Assembly (NCBI GenBank): GCA_963665845.2
Contig: OY762492.1
Span: forward strand, 2,912,001 to 2,976,000
Length of the DNA stretch: 64,000 nucleotides
DNA from: Candidatus Poribacteria bacterium
GTDB taxonomy: Bacteria > Poribacteria > WGA-4E > GCA-2687025
Direction: 5' to 3'
A program made the translations under genes and the position numbers. The notes below the pieces were generated by a model that saw only the letters and a list, made by a program, of their open reading frames with translations, did not search any database and had not been told where the DNA came from. Positions 48,482 to 59,200 of the stretch are shown piece by piece (within the stretch, counting starts at the first letter, position 1; the number at the start of each line of letters is the position of its first letter).

Positions 48482-49789
48482 TCATTCAACAGGAATCAGC
48501 CGCCGCGTCTTGCATATCTGCGCGTAATACTCCCCGCTCGGCTTCACGATGCGCTCATAGGTTTGCGGGTCAACCGCCGCCAAGCCGAACTTTGCCGACA
48601 TCCCCTCCGCCCATTCGAAGTTGTCCATCAGCGTCCAGTGATAATACCGCTGAATCGGAATGCCGTCTTGCCGCGCTTGAAGAACCTGCGCCAGATGCTC
48701 GTAGATGAAACGGCTTCGCATCGCGTCGTCCGCGTCCGCTATGCCGTTTTCTGTGATGTAGATCGGCTTGCCCGCCGCTTCGTAGGCGTTCGCGCACACT
48801 TGGCGCAGCCCCTCCGCGTCGATCTCCCATCCCAGATCGTTCGTCGGCGCCTCGTCTGGGGTATGCAGTTCAAAACCTTTGCGCCGCCATCGGACGCGGT
48901 ACGGCATATAGTAGTTGACGCCTGTAAAATCGGAAAAGTCGCCGCTGCCTTCAGGGTTGCTGTCATGGCGAAACCATGGATAGCCGTATGGAAACAGGAA
49001 CGCGCCGGTCGAGAGGGCGAAGAGCGGGGCGTCTTGAAACAGATGCTCGGCGATCTTGGCGCCCATCCTGTCGAGCCGCTTTTCGGGTCGGGCGGGTCGC
49101 ATTGCGCAGAAATGCTTGGCGGCGCCGACGCGCGTTTCGCCCTGCCATGCGTTTCTGCCGCGCGTCTCATGGATGAGACGATAGGCGCGGATATGCGCGC
49201 GGAGCATGTTTCGCGCCGCCGCTCTGCATGCGCGCAGTTTCCGCTTGCCCGGCGGCCAGATTGTCTGCAGATGTCCATGGTAAGCGTACACCGCCGGTTC
49301 GTTCACGGTGACCCATTCCGAGACCAGATCGCCCAGCGCCGAGACGACCCGTTCCGCATAGGTTTCAAACGCCTCAACCGCGGCGAGGTTCGTCCAGCCG
49401 CCGGCGTCCTCAATCCAGAGCGGGTTGGTGAAATGGTGAAGCGTGACGAGCGGAAGAACGCCCGCGTCTAAAAGCGCCCCAATCAGCCGCCTGTATTGAT
49501 CCAGCGCCGCGGCGTCCCATGCGTCCTGCGTCGGCTGAAGGCGCGCCCATTCGATGCTGAAGCGGTAGGTTTGATGGTTCAGGCGGCTGATGAGGGCGGC
49601 GTCCTCTAAGGCGCGCTCCCAGTGCATGCATGCGTCTTTTGGATGGGAGCCGTCCGCTGTTTTGCCCTGCTCGCTCCAGCGCGCCCAGCTGTGCGGAATT
49701 TCTCCGCCCTCTATCTGCGTCGCGGAGGTCGCCGATCCGAGGAGCAGATCGTCGGGGATCGTTTGCGCAGGCGCGGCGGCGGCGTTCAA
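48482..49789 (-). CDS. Glycoside hydrolase family 1
   Basis: ATSATQIEG, YRFSIEWAR, TLHHF, catalytic TVNEP and ITENG, DNFEWAEG. Confidence 0.95.
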   Translation of the reverse strand: MNAAAAPAQTIPDDLLLGSATSATQIEGGEIPHSWARWSEQGKTADGSHPKDACMHWERALEDAALISRLNHQTYRFSIEWARLQPTQDAWDAAALDQYRRLIGALLDAGVLPLVTLHHFTNPLWIEDAGGWTNLAAVEAFETYAERVVSALGDLVSEWVTVNEPAVYAYHGHLQTIWPPGKRKLRACRAAARNMLRAHIRAYRLIHETRGRNAWQGETRVGAAKHFCAMRPARPEKRLDRMGAKIAEHLFQDAPLFALSTGAFLFPYGYPWFRHDSNPEGSGDFSDFTGVNYYMPYRVRWRRKGFELHTPDEAPTNDLGWEIDAEGLRQVCANAYEAAGKPIYITENGIADADDAMRSRFIYEHLAQVLQARQDGIPIQRYYHWTLMDNFEWAEGMSAKFGLAAVDPQTYERIVKPSGEYYAQICKTRRLIPVE

Positions 49790-51840
49790 ATCAGGTCATC
49801 CTCTATGTTCATTCGCCCGCGGAAGGGCGGTCTGCCCTCTCCATCGCCGACGCCAGGGCGGGCGCCTCGGCGGCGGCTCGGCGGGGGCGGCTTCGGTTGA
49901 ACATCTCGAAACTGCATCTCATGCAGCCGCGCATAAACGCCGTTCTGGGCAATCAGCTCCTCATGGGTACCGCGCTCCACGATCCGCCCGTCTTCCAACG
50001 TCAAAATCTGATCCGCATGCCGTATCGTCGACAGGCGGTGCGCAATCACAAAGGTGGTGCGGTTTTTAACAAGGTTGTCGACCGCCTGCTGAATCAACGC
50101 CTCCGTTTCCGAATCGACCGCGGAGGTGGCTTCGTCCAGTATCAGAATGCGCGCGTCCGCTAAAATGGCGCGGGCTATCGACAATCGCTGCCGCTGCCCG
50201 CCGGACAGCTTGATCCCGCGCTCGCCGATTTCGGTCTTGTAACCGTCGGGCATCTCTTCAATGAACTCCGCCGCGTTCGCCGCCGCGGCCGCTTCGCGCA
50301 GCTCCTCGTCCGTCGCGTCCAGACGCCCGTAGCGCAGATTGTTCTCCACCGTGTCATTAAACAGAAACGGGTCTTGAGACACCAGCCCGATCTGCCGCCG
50401 ATATTCGGTCAGGTCAAGCCAGCGCAGGTCCATTCCGTCGATCAGCACGACCCCGTTGATCGGATCGTAAAAGCGCGGGATCAGGTTCACCAGCGTAGTC
50501 TTTCCCGCCCCGCTTGGACCGACCAGCGCGATCATTTCGCCCGGTTCCGCGCTCAGGTCGATATTGCGCAGCGTCTCGCCGCCCGTTTGGTAGGCGAAGG
50601 AGACGTTTTGAAACTCCACGCGCCCCGACAGCCCCGGCAGCGAGACAGGGTTTTTGGGCGGCGCGATCTTCGGCTCCGTGTCCAGCAGCTCAAACACCCG
50701 CTCGCTGGACGCCAGCGCCTGCTGGACATGGTTGTAATAACGGGTAAAGCCGGTGATGGGACCGAACACCATCGGCAGATACTGAATGAAGACGACAAAC
50801 ACGCCAGGGGTGATCGCGCCGGACATGGCGCGCACGCTGCCGATGCCCAGCACGGTCAACAATCCGATCTGGTTCAGCATCTCAATCCACGGGCGGAACA
50901 TGACAAAGATGGTCGCTATGCGCACATTTAAAGTGTAATTTTCTCGGCTTTTTTCGTTGAAACGGTTCAGCTCATGCTCCTCGCGCGCGAAGCTTTTCAC
51001 AACGCGGATGCCGGAGATGTTGTCCTGAAGCAGCGCGTTCAATTCGCCGACTTTAGTGCGCAGTTCGCGGAAGGTCTTGCGCAGCATGCGTCCGATGATG
51101 TAGGTTGAAATGAGCAGCAGCGGAACCGCCGTCAACGCCATGAGCGTCAGCTGCCAGTCCCATGTCAAACAGAAATAGAGAACCCAGACGAGGCGGCATA
51201 TGTCGGTGATGAGCGAGACGACCGGACCGACAATCACCTGCTCTAGCGAGTTGACATCGTTCACAACGCGCGACATGACGTCGCCCGTCTTCTGATTTTC
51301 AAAATATCCGACCGAGAGCCGCTGCATATGGTCATACACCTGACTGCGCATGTCGTACACGAGCGACTGCCCGACGCGCGCCATGATATAACCTTGAACG
51401 ACGCTGAGCGCCTTGCTGGATACGAACAGGAGCAGAAACGCGATCACAAGTACCGAAGCCGAGACAACCTTTTCATTCCAACCCTGCATCCAGTTTTGAG
51501 CCGCCCAGTCTGCAAAAGCGTCAATATGCGGCGTGATGGGCAACTCAACGGAGCGGCGAAACGACGGATCATCGGCGTCTTGCGCGGGTCTTTCAACGCC
51601 CTGTTCATTCTCTCTGGCGCCTTCAAAGATCTTGTCGACGGCGACGCCCATCACCTGCGCCGGCAGAACGCTCATGAACGCCGACGCCAGCGACGCGATC
51701 AAGATAACCAGTATCCAAAACGTGTAAGGCTTCGCATATTTGAGTAGTCGTCCGTAGGTTTTTCGAAACTCAACCTTCGGCTGCGATTCGTCATCGGATC
51801 CCGAATAGCGCCCGCCTCGAAAACTGCGCATCGTTCGCAC
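49786..51840 (-). CDS. ABC exporter, fused permease/ATPase
   Basis: TM domain, GPSGAGKT, LSGGQRQR, ILDEATS, IAHRLST. Confidence 0.95.
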   Translation of the reverse strand: MRTMRSFRGGRYSGSDDESQPKVEFRKTYGRLLKYAKPYTFWILVILIASLASAFMSVLPAQVMGVAVDKIFEGARENEQGVERPAQDADDPSFRRSVELPITPHIDAFADWAAQNWMQGWNEKVVSASVLVIAFLLLFVSSKALSVVQGYIMARVGQSLVYDMRSQVYDHMQRLSVGYFENQKTGDVMSRVVNDVNSLEQVIVGPVVSLITDICRLVWVLYFCLTWDWQLTLMALTAVPLLLISTYIIGRMLRKTFRELRTKVGELNALLQDNISGIRVVKSFAREEHELNRFNEKSRENYTLNVRIATIFVMFRPWIEMLNQIGLLTVLGIGSVRAMSGAITPGVFVVFIQYLPMVFGPITGFTRYYNHVQQALASSERVFELLDTEPKIAPPKNPVSLPGLSGRVEFQNVSFAYQTGGETLRNIDLSAEPGEMIALVGPSGAGKTTLVNLIPRFYDPINGVVLIDGMDLRWLDLTEYRRQIGLVSQDPFLFNDTVENNLRYGRLDATDEELREAAAAANAAEFIEEMPDGYKTEIGERGIKLSGGQRQRLSIARAILADARILILDEATSAVDSETEALIQQAVDNLVKNRTTFVIAHRLSTIRHADQILTLEDGRIVERGTHEELIAQNGVYARLHEMQFRDVQPKPPPPSRRRGARPGVGDGEGRPPFRGRMNIEDDLI

Positions 51841-51912
51841 ACGCTCCTGCTCTAACTTTTAATGACGCCAATATAACCGATTTTGCGGAACTCGTCATGC
51901 GAAGGAGTCGCA

Positions 51913-52085
51913 GGCAGTACGCCCATGCGGTGATCGTCGTTTTTTAATCCTAAAGCGTCCGCGCCGCCTGACGTCATTCCCGCGTAAGCGGGAATCTTAA
52001 GGCATCGCAGTCGCCGCGCCCGTCTTTTAAACCCCCCCTGGTCGTCATTCCCGTCCATGCAGTAAAACGCGCGGGAATCGCAGAA
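51913..52085. repeat. Repeat mosaic (E motif and A)
   Basis: GGCAGTACGCCCAT, GTCATTCCCGCGTAAGCGGGAATCTTAAGG. Confidence 0.75.
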
Positions 52086-52102
52086 TGAGCGGCGCGGGGG
52101 AA

Positions 52103-53488
52103 TTATAAGCCGTATTTTTTGATCTTGCGGAAAAGGGTTCGCCGGCTGATTTCAAGGACGCGGGCGGCTTCCGCCTTGTTGCCGCCGGTGTATTCTAAGG
52201 TGGCGCGCACCGCCTCTTTTTCGATCTCGCTCCAGGACATGCCCGCGGCGGCATGCATGCCCCCTTCGTCCGTCTCCGCGGCGGCGGACGCCATCGGACG
52301 CCTGCTTTGAACGATCCATTCCGGCAGATCGGGCAGCCCTAAGACAGGCTCTTGCGCCGTGACGACCATCACCTCAACACAATTTTTCAGCTCGCGCACA
52401 TTGCCGTGCCACGGGTATTTCTCCAGCGCGCGCATCGCTTCAGGATGAATGCCGGACGCCTCCGACCCCGTCTCTTCAGCAAACTGATCAATGAAATGGC
52501 GCGTCAAAAGCGGGATGTCCTCAACGCGCTCCCGCAGCGGCGGTATGCGAATCGTCCAGACGCGCAGGCGGTGGTACAGATCGGCTCGAAACCGCCCCTC
52601 CTCCACTTCGCGCTCAAGGTCGCGGTTCGTCGTGGCAATAATGCGCACATCCACCCGTATCGGTTTCTCGCCGCCGACCCGCTCAAACTCGCGCGTTTCC
52701 AGAGCGCGCAGCAACTTGGATTGCTGCGCCAGAGGCATCTCCCCGATCTCGTCCAGCAGGAGCGTTCCGCCGTCCGCCAGCTCAAACCGCCCGCGCCGGC
52801 GCCGTTCCGCGCCGGTGAACGCGCCCTGCTCATGTCCAAACAGCTCGCTCTCGATGAGCGCTTCGGGCAGCGCGGCGCAGTTGAACGGCGCAAACGGACC
52901 CTTGCGCCGAACGCTGCGCGTATGGACGGCGCGCGCCGCCACCTCCTTGCCGACGCCGCTTTCGCCCAAGATGAGACCCGTCGTCCCAGGCGACGACGCC
53001 AAACGTATAATGCTGCGGTACACCTCCTGCATGCGCGGCGACTTGCCGGTGAAGCCGAGCTGCGCGCTGGGCGACTCGATCTGGCGGCGGAGCGCGCTGT
53101 TCTGGCGGGAAATGTCGAGATCGCGCAGCGCTTTTTGAACGGAAGCGCCCAGCTTCACCGTGTCGACAGGCTTCACCAAAAAATCATGCGCCCCGTCCTT
53201 CATGAGACGCGCGGCGGCGTCCCTGTCCAGCTGGTTCGGCTCAACGGTCAAGATGACGGCGGTCTCGCCGCCGGCGTCGCGCACGGCGCGCAAAAGCCGC
53301 CTTCCGCCCGAACGCATCGGCGCGACGACCACATGCGGCGCCTCGTCTAAAAGGCAGTTCAACGCTTCCTCAACGCCGGCGGTTTGGACGGCTCGGCAGC
53401 CGGCTTTTTCCGCGGCGGCGGCGAAGGAGCGGCGCGCGCGCGCATCCTCCTCCACAACCAGAACCGCGCAGCGGTCCGCGCCGTTCAC
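52103..53488 (-). CDS. Sigma-54-dependent transcriptional activator (NtrC-like) with a degenerate receiver
   Basis: GESGVGKE, ESELFGHE.GAFTGA, LLDEIGE, WHGNVREL, Fis HTH. Confidence 0.93.
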   Translation of the reverse strand: MNGADRCAVLVVEEDARARRSFAAAAEKAGCRAVQTAGVEEALNCLLDEAPHVVVAPMRSGGRRLLRAVRDAGGETAVILTVEPNQLDRDAAARLMKDGAHDFLVKPVDTVKLGASVQKALRDLDISRQNSALRRQIESPSAQLGFTGKSPRMQEVYRSIIRLASSPGTTGLILGESGVGKEVAARAVHTRSVRRKGPFAPFNCAALPEALIESELFGHEQGAFTGAERRRRGRFELADGGTLLLDEIGEMPLAQQSKLLRALETREFERVGGEKPIRVDVRIIATTNRDLEREVEEGRFRADLYHRLRVWTIRIPPLRERVEDIPLLTRHFIDQFAEETGSEASGIHPEAMRALEKYPWHGNVRELKNCVEVMVVTAQEPVLGLPDLPEWIVQSRRPMASAAAETDEGGMHAAAGMSWSEIEKEAVRATLEYTGGNKAEAARVLEISRRTLFRKIKKYGL

Positions 53489-54075
53489 CGCGCGCTCCTT
53501 GCGCGTTTGGACACATGCGGATTGCCGGCGAGGTAGAAACGGAGCGGCAGATCGGCGCCTTTGGAAATGCCGACGCGCGTCGAGACGACGACGGAGCCGA
53601 TCGGCTTGTCGGCGGGGCGCACGGCGAGCGGACCGTCCCAGAGCGGCGCTCCGTTATGCTCTTTTGAAACGCCGAGCGCCTGGGCGAGGCGTCCAGGTCC
53701 GGAGGCAAGATCGCGGTCGCGCCGCGCGGCGGGGCGCCGGGCGCGCATGATCTCCAGCCCGCGCGTCGGCTCAACGGCGCGAATCAGCGCCGCGCTGCCG
53801 ACGCCCCGCCGGTCCGCGACAGCGTTCAACAGCCAGTGGCAGCCGTAAGAAAGATAAACATAAGCGCGCCCCGGTTCGCCGAACATAACGCGGGAGCGCG
53901 GCGTGACGCCGTTGTAGGCGTGGCAGGCAGGGTCGTCCATCAGATACGCCTCCGTTTCGACGATGACGCCGGCGGTCGATTCGTGGGACAGTTCCGCGCC
54001 GAGCAGGTCCATCGCCACTTCAGCGGCGGAGCGGTCGTAAAACGCTTGCGGCAGCGGCGCGGCGGAATGCGTCAA
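53485..54075 (-). CDS. DNA-3-methyladenine glycosylase (MPG/AAG)
   Basis: IVETEAY..D.ACH, GRAYVY.SYG.H..LN, ALIRA.EP, GPG.L, RVGIS. TTG start after AAGGAG. Confidence 0.93.
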   Translation of the reverse strand: MTHSAAPLPQAFYDRSAAEVAMDLLGAELSHESTAGVIVETEAYLMDDPACHAYNGVTPRSRVMFGEPGRAYVYLSYGCHWLLNAVADRRGVGSAALIRAVEPTRGLEIMRARRPAARRDRDLASGPGRLAQALGVSKEHNGAPLWDGPLAVRPADKPIGSVVVSTRVGISKGADLPLRFYLAGNPHVSKRARSAR

Positions 54076-54118
54076 GAGAACGCTCCTTGAGAGGCGTCTT
54101 CGAAGGGAGGCTTGGGTT

Positions 54119-54147
54119 ATGTTAACGGAGGCGCGCCGCCCTGTCAA
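54119..54147 (-). promoter_or_regulatory. Putative sigma70 promoter of the MPG gene
   Basis: Minus strand TTGACA-N17-TAACAT. Confidence 0.55.
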
Positions 54148-54157
54148 ACGGCTCCGC

Positions 54158-54500
54158 CTGACCTTATGCATAAAGTTGGACATTGGAACGAACAAAGCCT
54201 TTATTCATGGGGAAAAGGCGTCGCCAACCAAATCGTCATTCCCGCGTAAGCGGGAATCCAGAGGCGTTCCAGAAACCGTCCGCGTTCGCCCGCCGACATG
54301 TCCCAACTAAAGACTCCAGGTCAGAGACCCCGCTGACCTCATGCTGAAAGTTGGGACATTTGAACCGACGATCGCTCTATTCATGGGAAAAAGGCGCCGC
54401 CCACCAAATCGTCATTCCCGCGCAAGCGGGAATCCAGAGGCGTTCCAGAAACCGTCCGCGTTCGCCCGCCGACATGTCTCAATTAACGACTCAAGGCCAG
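54158..54500. repeat. Two tandem family-D MITE-like elements
   Basis: CTGACCT.ATGC..AAAGTTGG(G)ACAT...ATGTC.CAA.TAA.GACTC.AGG.CAG twice. Confidence 0.85.
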
Positions 54501-54509
54501 ATCCCGCCC

Positions 54510-54538
54510 TTGACCTAAAGCCCGACCCGCTGTAGAAT
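54510..54538 (+). promoter_or_regulatory. Putative sigma70 promoter of maf (leaderless)
   Basis: TTGACC-N17-TAGAAT, 6 nt before the ATG. Confidence 0.55.
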
Positions 54539-54544
54539 GCCGTT

Positions 54545-55123
54545 ATGCCGCTGTACCCATCCATACTTCTCGCGTCCAGGTCTCCGCGCCGCGCGGCGCT
54601 GCTGCGTCAAATCGGCGCCGCGTTCAAGGCGGTTCCGACCGGCGCGGACGAAACGATCCCGCCCGACACGGCGCCAAAACAGGCCGTCAAAACCTTAGCG
54701 ATGCGAAAAGCGCGCGCCGCCCAGACAGATTCCGCATGGAAACAGTACGACCTCACGCTCGGCGCCGACACGGTCGTCTGCCTAAACGGACGCATACTAG
54801 GGAAACCGAACGGCATCCCCGACGCGATGCGCATGCTTCAAACGCTCAGCGGAAAAACGCACCGCGTCTTGACAGGCGTCGCGCTCATCTGGAAAAGCGG
54901 CGCCGAAGAAGCATGGCATGAAGAGACGCGCGTCACGTTTCGAAACCTGTCCGACCGCGAGATTGAGGCGTATGCGAAAACCGGCGCGCCGATGGACAAG
55001 GCGGGCGCATACGGCATTCAGGAGCAGGCGGGCGCGTTTGCGGCGCGCATTGAGGGCTGTTATTTCAACGTCGTCGGCTTGCCGCTGGCGCGTTTGACGG
55101 AAAGGCTGCTGGAGCCGTCATGA
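54545..55123 (+). CDS. maf: Maf family nucleoside triphosphate pyrophosphatase
   Basis: LASRSPRR, GADTVV, ILGKP, DKAGAYGIQ, NVVGLP. Confidence 0.95.
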   Translation: MPLYPSILLASRSPRRAALLRQIGAAFKAVPTGADETIPPDTAPKQAVKTLAMRKARAAQTDSAWKQYDLTLGADTVVCLNGRILGKPNGIPDAMRMLQTLSGKTHRVLTGVALIWKSGAEEAWHEETRVTFRNLSDREIEAYAKTGAPMDKAGAYGIQEQAGAFAARIEGCYFNVVGLPLARLTERLLEPS

Positions 55124-56277
55124 AAATTGTTGCCGCGCCCGATTCCTTTAAAGAATGTATGACCGCAAAACAGGCGGCGGAGGCGATCGCGCGCGGCATG
55201 CGGCGCGTCCTGCCGGACGCCGAATACGCGCTCGTGCCGATGGCAGACGGAGGCGAAGGCACAACGCAATCGCTCGTGGACGCGACCGGCGGCAGACTGG
55301 AACGGCGCCGCGTCCAGGGTCCTCTAGGGAAGGAAACGCTCGCGCGCTTCGGCGTTCTGGGCGGAGGAGAGACGGCGGTCATCGAGATGGCGGCGGCGTC
55401 TGGACTGGCGCTGACCTCGCGGGATGAACGCGACCCGATGCGCGCCTCCGCCTACGGAACAGGAGAACTGATACGCGCGGCGCTGGACCTCGGCGTCCGA
55501 AAGCTGATTGTCGGCATCGGAGGCAGCGCGACGAACGACGGCGGAGCGGGAATGGCGCAGGCGCTCGGCGCGCGTCTGCTGGACGCCGACGGGCAAGAAA
55601 TTCCGCGCGGCGGCGGTTTTTTAAACCGACTCGACCGCATCGACATCAGCGGCATGGACGCTCGATTGAAAAACGTCGATACGGTCGCGGCATGCGACGT
55701 CGACAACCCGCTCACCGGTCCGAGGGGGGCTTCAGCTGTCTACGGACCGCAGAAGGGCGCGTCGCCTGAACAGGTCAAACAGCTGGACGCAAACCTAGCG
55801 CGCTTTGCCGAGATCATGGAGCGCGATCTGGGCGTCAACCCGTCCGAGACGCCGGGCGCGGGCGCCGCCGGCGGCTTGGGCGCGGGCTTGCTGGTCTTCC
55901 TGAACGCGCGGCTGAAGCCCGGCATCGAGATCGTCTTAGAAGCGGCGCGGTTCGATGAGGCGCTGAAAGGCGCGTCGCTCGTCGTCACAGGCGAGGGGGA
56001 AATCGACGCGCAGACGAAACGCGGGAAGACGCCGATGGGCGTCGCGCAGGCGGCAAAAAAACGCGGTCTGCCCGTCTTTGCCCTGGCGGGATCGGTGAGG
56101 GCGAAGGGGCGGGAGCTGGCGGACATCGGCATCGACGCCGCGTTCTCTATCCTTTCAGAACCGATGGAGATGGACGCGGCGATACACCGCGGGGAATGGC
56201 TGCTGGCGGACGCGGCGGAGCGCTTAGCCCGCGTCCTTCATACGGTCATGCCGTCGATTCCCAAGCGCAATTCTTAA
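55120..56277 (+). CDS. Glycerate kinase (GlxK/GarK family)
   Basis: APDSFKE, PMADGGEGT, GGSATNDGG, GPQKGA, GAGAAGGLG. Confidence 0.95.
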   Translation: MKIVAAPDSFKECMTAKQAAEAIARGMRRVLPDAEYALVPMADGGEGTTQSLVDATGGRLERRRVQGPLGKETLARFGVLGGGETAVIEMAAASGLALTSRDERDPMRASAYGTGELIRAALDLGVRKLIVGIGGSATNDGGAGMAQALGARLLDADGQEIPRGGGFLNRLDRIDISGMDARLKNVDTVAACDVDNPLTGPRGASAVYGPQKGASPEQVKQLDANLARFAEIMERDLGVNPSETPGAGAAGGLGAGLLVFLNARLKPGIEIVLEAARFDEALKGASLVVTGEGEIDAQTKRGKTPMGVAQAAKKRGLPVFALAGSVRAKGRELADIGIDAAFSILSEPMEMDAAIHRGEWLLADAAERLARVLHTVMPSIPKRNS

Positions 56278-59200
56278 AAATCGGCGCCGATAGACCAGTA
56301 GTACCGCGGCTCTTTGGCAATCTCCCATGCGGCGGCTTTCCATGCGGCGTCAAAGCGGAGAATGAAGACGCCGAGGTTGAAACGGGCGCCGAACCCGATC
56401 CCCGCCGCCAGATCGTCTACCGAGTCGAGCCGATCGGGGCCGGAGGCATCGAACGCGGAGCCGACGTCCATAAACAGGTTCCCTCCAATGCGCCTGAAAG
56501 CGATCGGCAGCGGAAACCCAAGAGCAAGCTGTTCAATTAGCTCAAACCGCCATTCAAGGTTGACGAGCAGAAACGAGTCGCCGGTGTATTCATACAGGTT
56601 CGACCCGCGCAGCGGTCCCTCAAAAGAGGGAAAGAAGATGCTGTCGGCGCGCAGCTTTTCATCAACGGCGCTGGAGACGCGGGGGCTGATCTCCGACCGC
56701 ACCCCGCCCAGAAAGAACGCTTGCGCATTTCGCCCGAAGCTGGTCCCGCCGGACAGGCGCGCCGCGACGCTTTGCGTCTCCCCAATCGGAAAATAATGCC
56801 GCCAGTCCGCCTTGAAGGTGGCGAATTGCAAAAAACGCTCTCCCGCCGCAGGGCTGGTGAAAAAGCTGAGGCGCATGCGCTTTCCGTCCACAGGTCCGTA
56901 CATCCCGTAACCCACCGTGTCCGCCACATACGCGAGCTCCATCGGCAGCATCGACTTGCGGTCTAGCGGCGTCTCTTCCACCTCTTGCCGCCCCGTTTCT
57001 CCAAACGGACCGACGCGGTAGTACTCGTAAAACTGAATGCCGACAAGGTCGCGCTGAATCGCCTGATACCCGAAGCTGCCCTCCAAGCGGGAATAGGGGC
57101 TGAACGGCCACTCCAAAAGCGCTCGGAAACCGATGTTCCGGTCGGCGACAAGGGCGACCCTGTCCCGCCTTTGAGGCTCATTTGCCAAAAAATAGTCGCG
57201 CGTATGGAACCCGGCAATGCCGTAATTCCACCGCTCATGGAGCTGGGCGTATTGAACGAGCGCGTTTAGGTTCTTGATCGATGAGATCGACTGGTCGGTA
57301 ATGACCAGCAGCCGCTGATTTCCGAGCAGGTCGCTCATCGTCAGATACGCCTGTCCGCTGAACCCGACGAAGCTGTTGATCTGCGTCGCAATGCCGAACG
57401 ATTCAACGCTCATACGGGGGCGGTAGGCGCGGGGTCGGGTGTATTTCCGCTCTCTTTTCGTTTCTTTTTCGCTCTCCTCGTTCTCGTCTCCGCCGCCTTC
57501 AATCAAGGGTGTAGCTGTCCCTTCTTCGCCGTTGCTGTTCACAGGGAGGGGCGAATCGGCGCCTGTCTCTTCAGACGAATCCTCCGCCCCTCCGCAGAGA
57601 GACGCCGTATCGGACGTTTCAAGGTCCGATAAATTCGGCAAGGTGGAGATCGAAGGCGGGAGATTCGGCGGCGCGTCAGCTTCCGTCTCTGCCGCTTCGT
57701 TGGGCAGTTCAACCGTCTCTTCGCTTTCCTCCTCGTTTTCTTCTTCTTTTTCTTGAGGAACGTCCAGGGCGGCGGACGCGGCGGCGGCGTCAAAGAGGCG
57801 CTTCGCCAGCTCCGTTTTTTCAGGCTGCGCTTTTCCTTCAAAAAAGCGCGGGTCCTCCATCAAAAAAATGTCGTACCCGCCCTCTTGAAACGCCGTAAAG
57901 CAAACCTGCGACCCGTCCGTTGACCAGTCCAGCTGCTGCGCGCCTGTCAGCGCGTCCGTCACAGGGCGCGCCTCTCCCCCCTCCAGCCGCTTGAGATACA
58001 TATTCCCGACGCCCGACCGCTCCGACACAAACAGCGCCTCCGCGCCGTCCGGCGACCATGCAGGGTACATATCGTTCGAGGGATGATCCGTCAGGCGAAT
58101 CAACCGACGCGCCTCCGCATCCAGCGCGTAGATGTCGTACTGCCCAAAACGGAACGGGACGCTGTCCTCATACTCAAGCGATTCATCGGGCCGGTCGGAC
58201 GAAAACGCGAGCAGCCGTCCGTCCGGCGACCAGTCAGGATCGCGTTCATCGTACGGATCGTTCGTCAAGCGGGTCAAATCGCCGTCCGGCAACTCCACGT
58301 TATAGAGGTCAGACCAGCCGTCTTTCAAACCGACAACGGCGATCTCATTTCCCTTCGGGCTCCAAGCGGGCGTGAACATCGCGTCCAGATCGAAGACGAA
58401 TTCGCGTTCCACTTCCCCTTCGACGACGTCATAAATAAAGAGCGCGTTGTGTCCGCGCATCTTGGCGACGACCGCAAGATGCGCCCCGTCCGGCGACCAT
58501 GCCAGCCCAGGACGCAGCAGAAACAGCGACTCAAATTCAGGCGACTGCTCCCCTTCGATGATGCGCTCCGAGCGGCGCGTTTCCACATCCATCAGATACA
58601 CATCGGCAAAACCGCGCTTGGAGCTGATATACGCCAGGCGCGTCCCGTCCGGCGACAGACGCGCGCCGACATTCAGGTAACCGCCATCCTTTAAATGCTC
58701 CGTCATTTGACGGGCAAACTCAACGGGAGAGAGCCGCTCGGCGATCTCCGGCCAGTACTCTTTTTTAAGCCAGAGCCGCCATTCCCGCTCCAGCTGCGCC
58801 ATCGACACGCCGAACGCCTCCCGCAGCCCGCGCTCCACATTGCCGCCGCTTTTCAGCGACTTCAAAAAACGCGCGATCTTGTCCCGCCCGTATGTGAGCG
58901 CAAGGTAGCGGTACAACGCCTGACCGCCCTTATAGGCAAAAACGCCGTACAGCATCTGCTCAATCGGCGGCAGATAGTCGGAAATGACCGCGTCTCTCAA
59001 CACATTGTCCGCCCCGATGTCCCACCCCATCGACTCAAATTCCGCGACGCCCTCCGTCACCCAGAGCGGAAGCGACATGAGGCGGTTCAACGCCAGCGAT
59101 TTCAAACTGCCCGACCTGAACATTTTGAACTGAACCGCATGGACAAGCTCATGGTGAATCACATGGCGCATGCGCTCATAGGAGCCTTCATAGGGGATGA

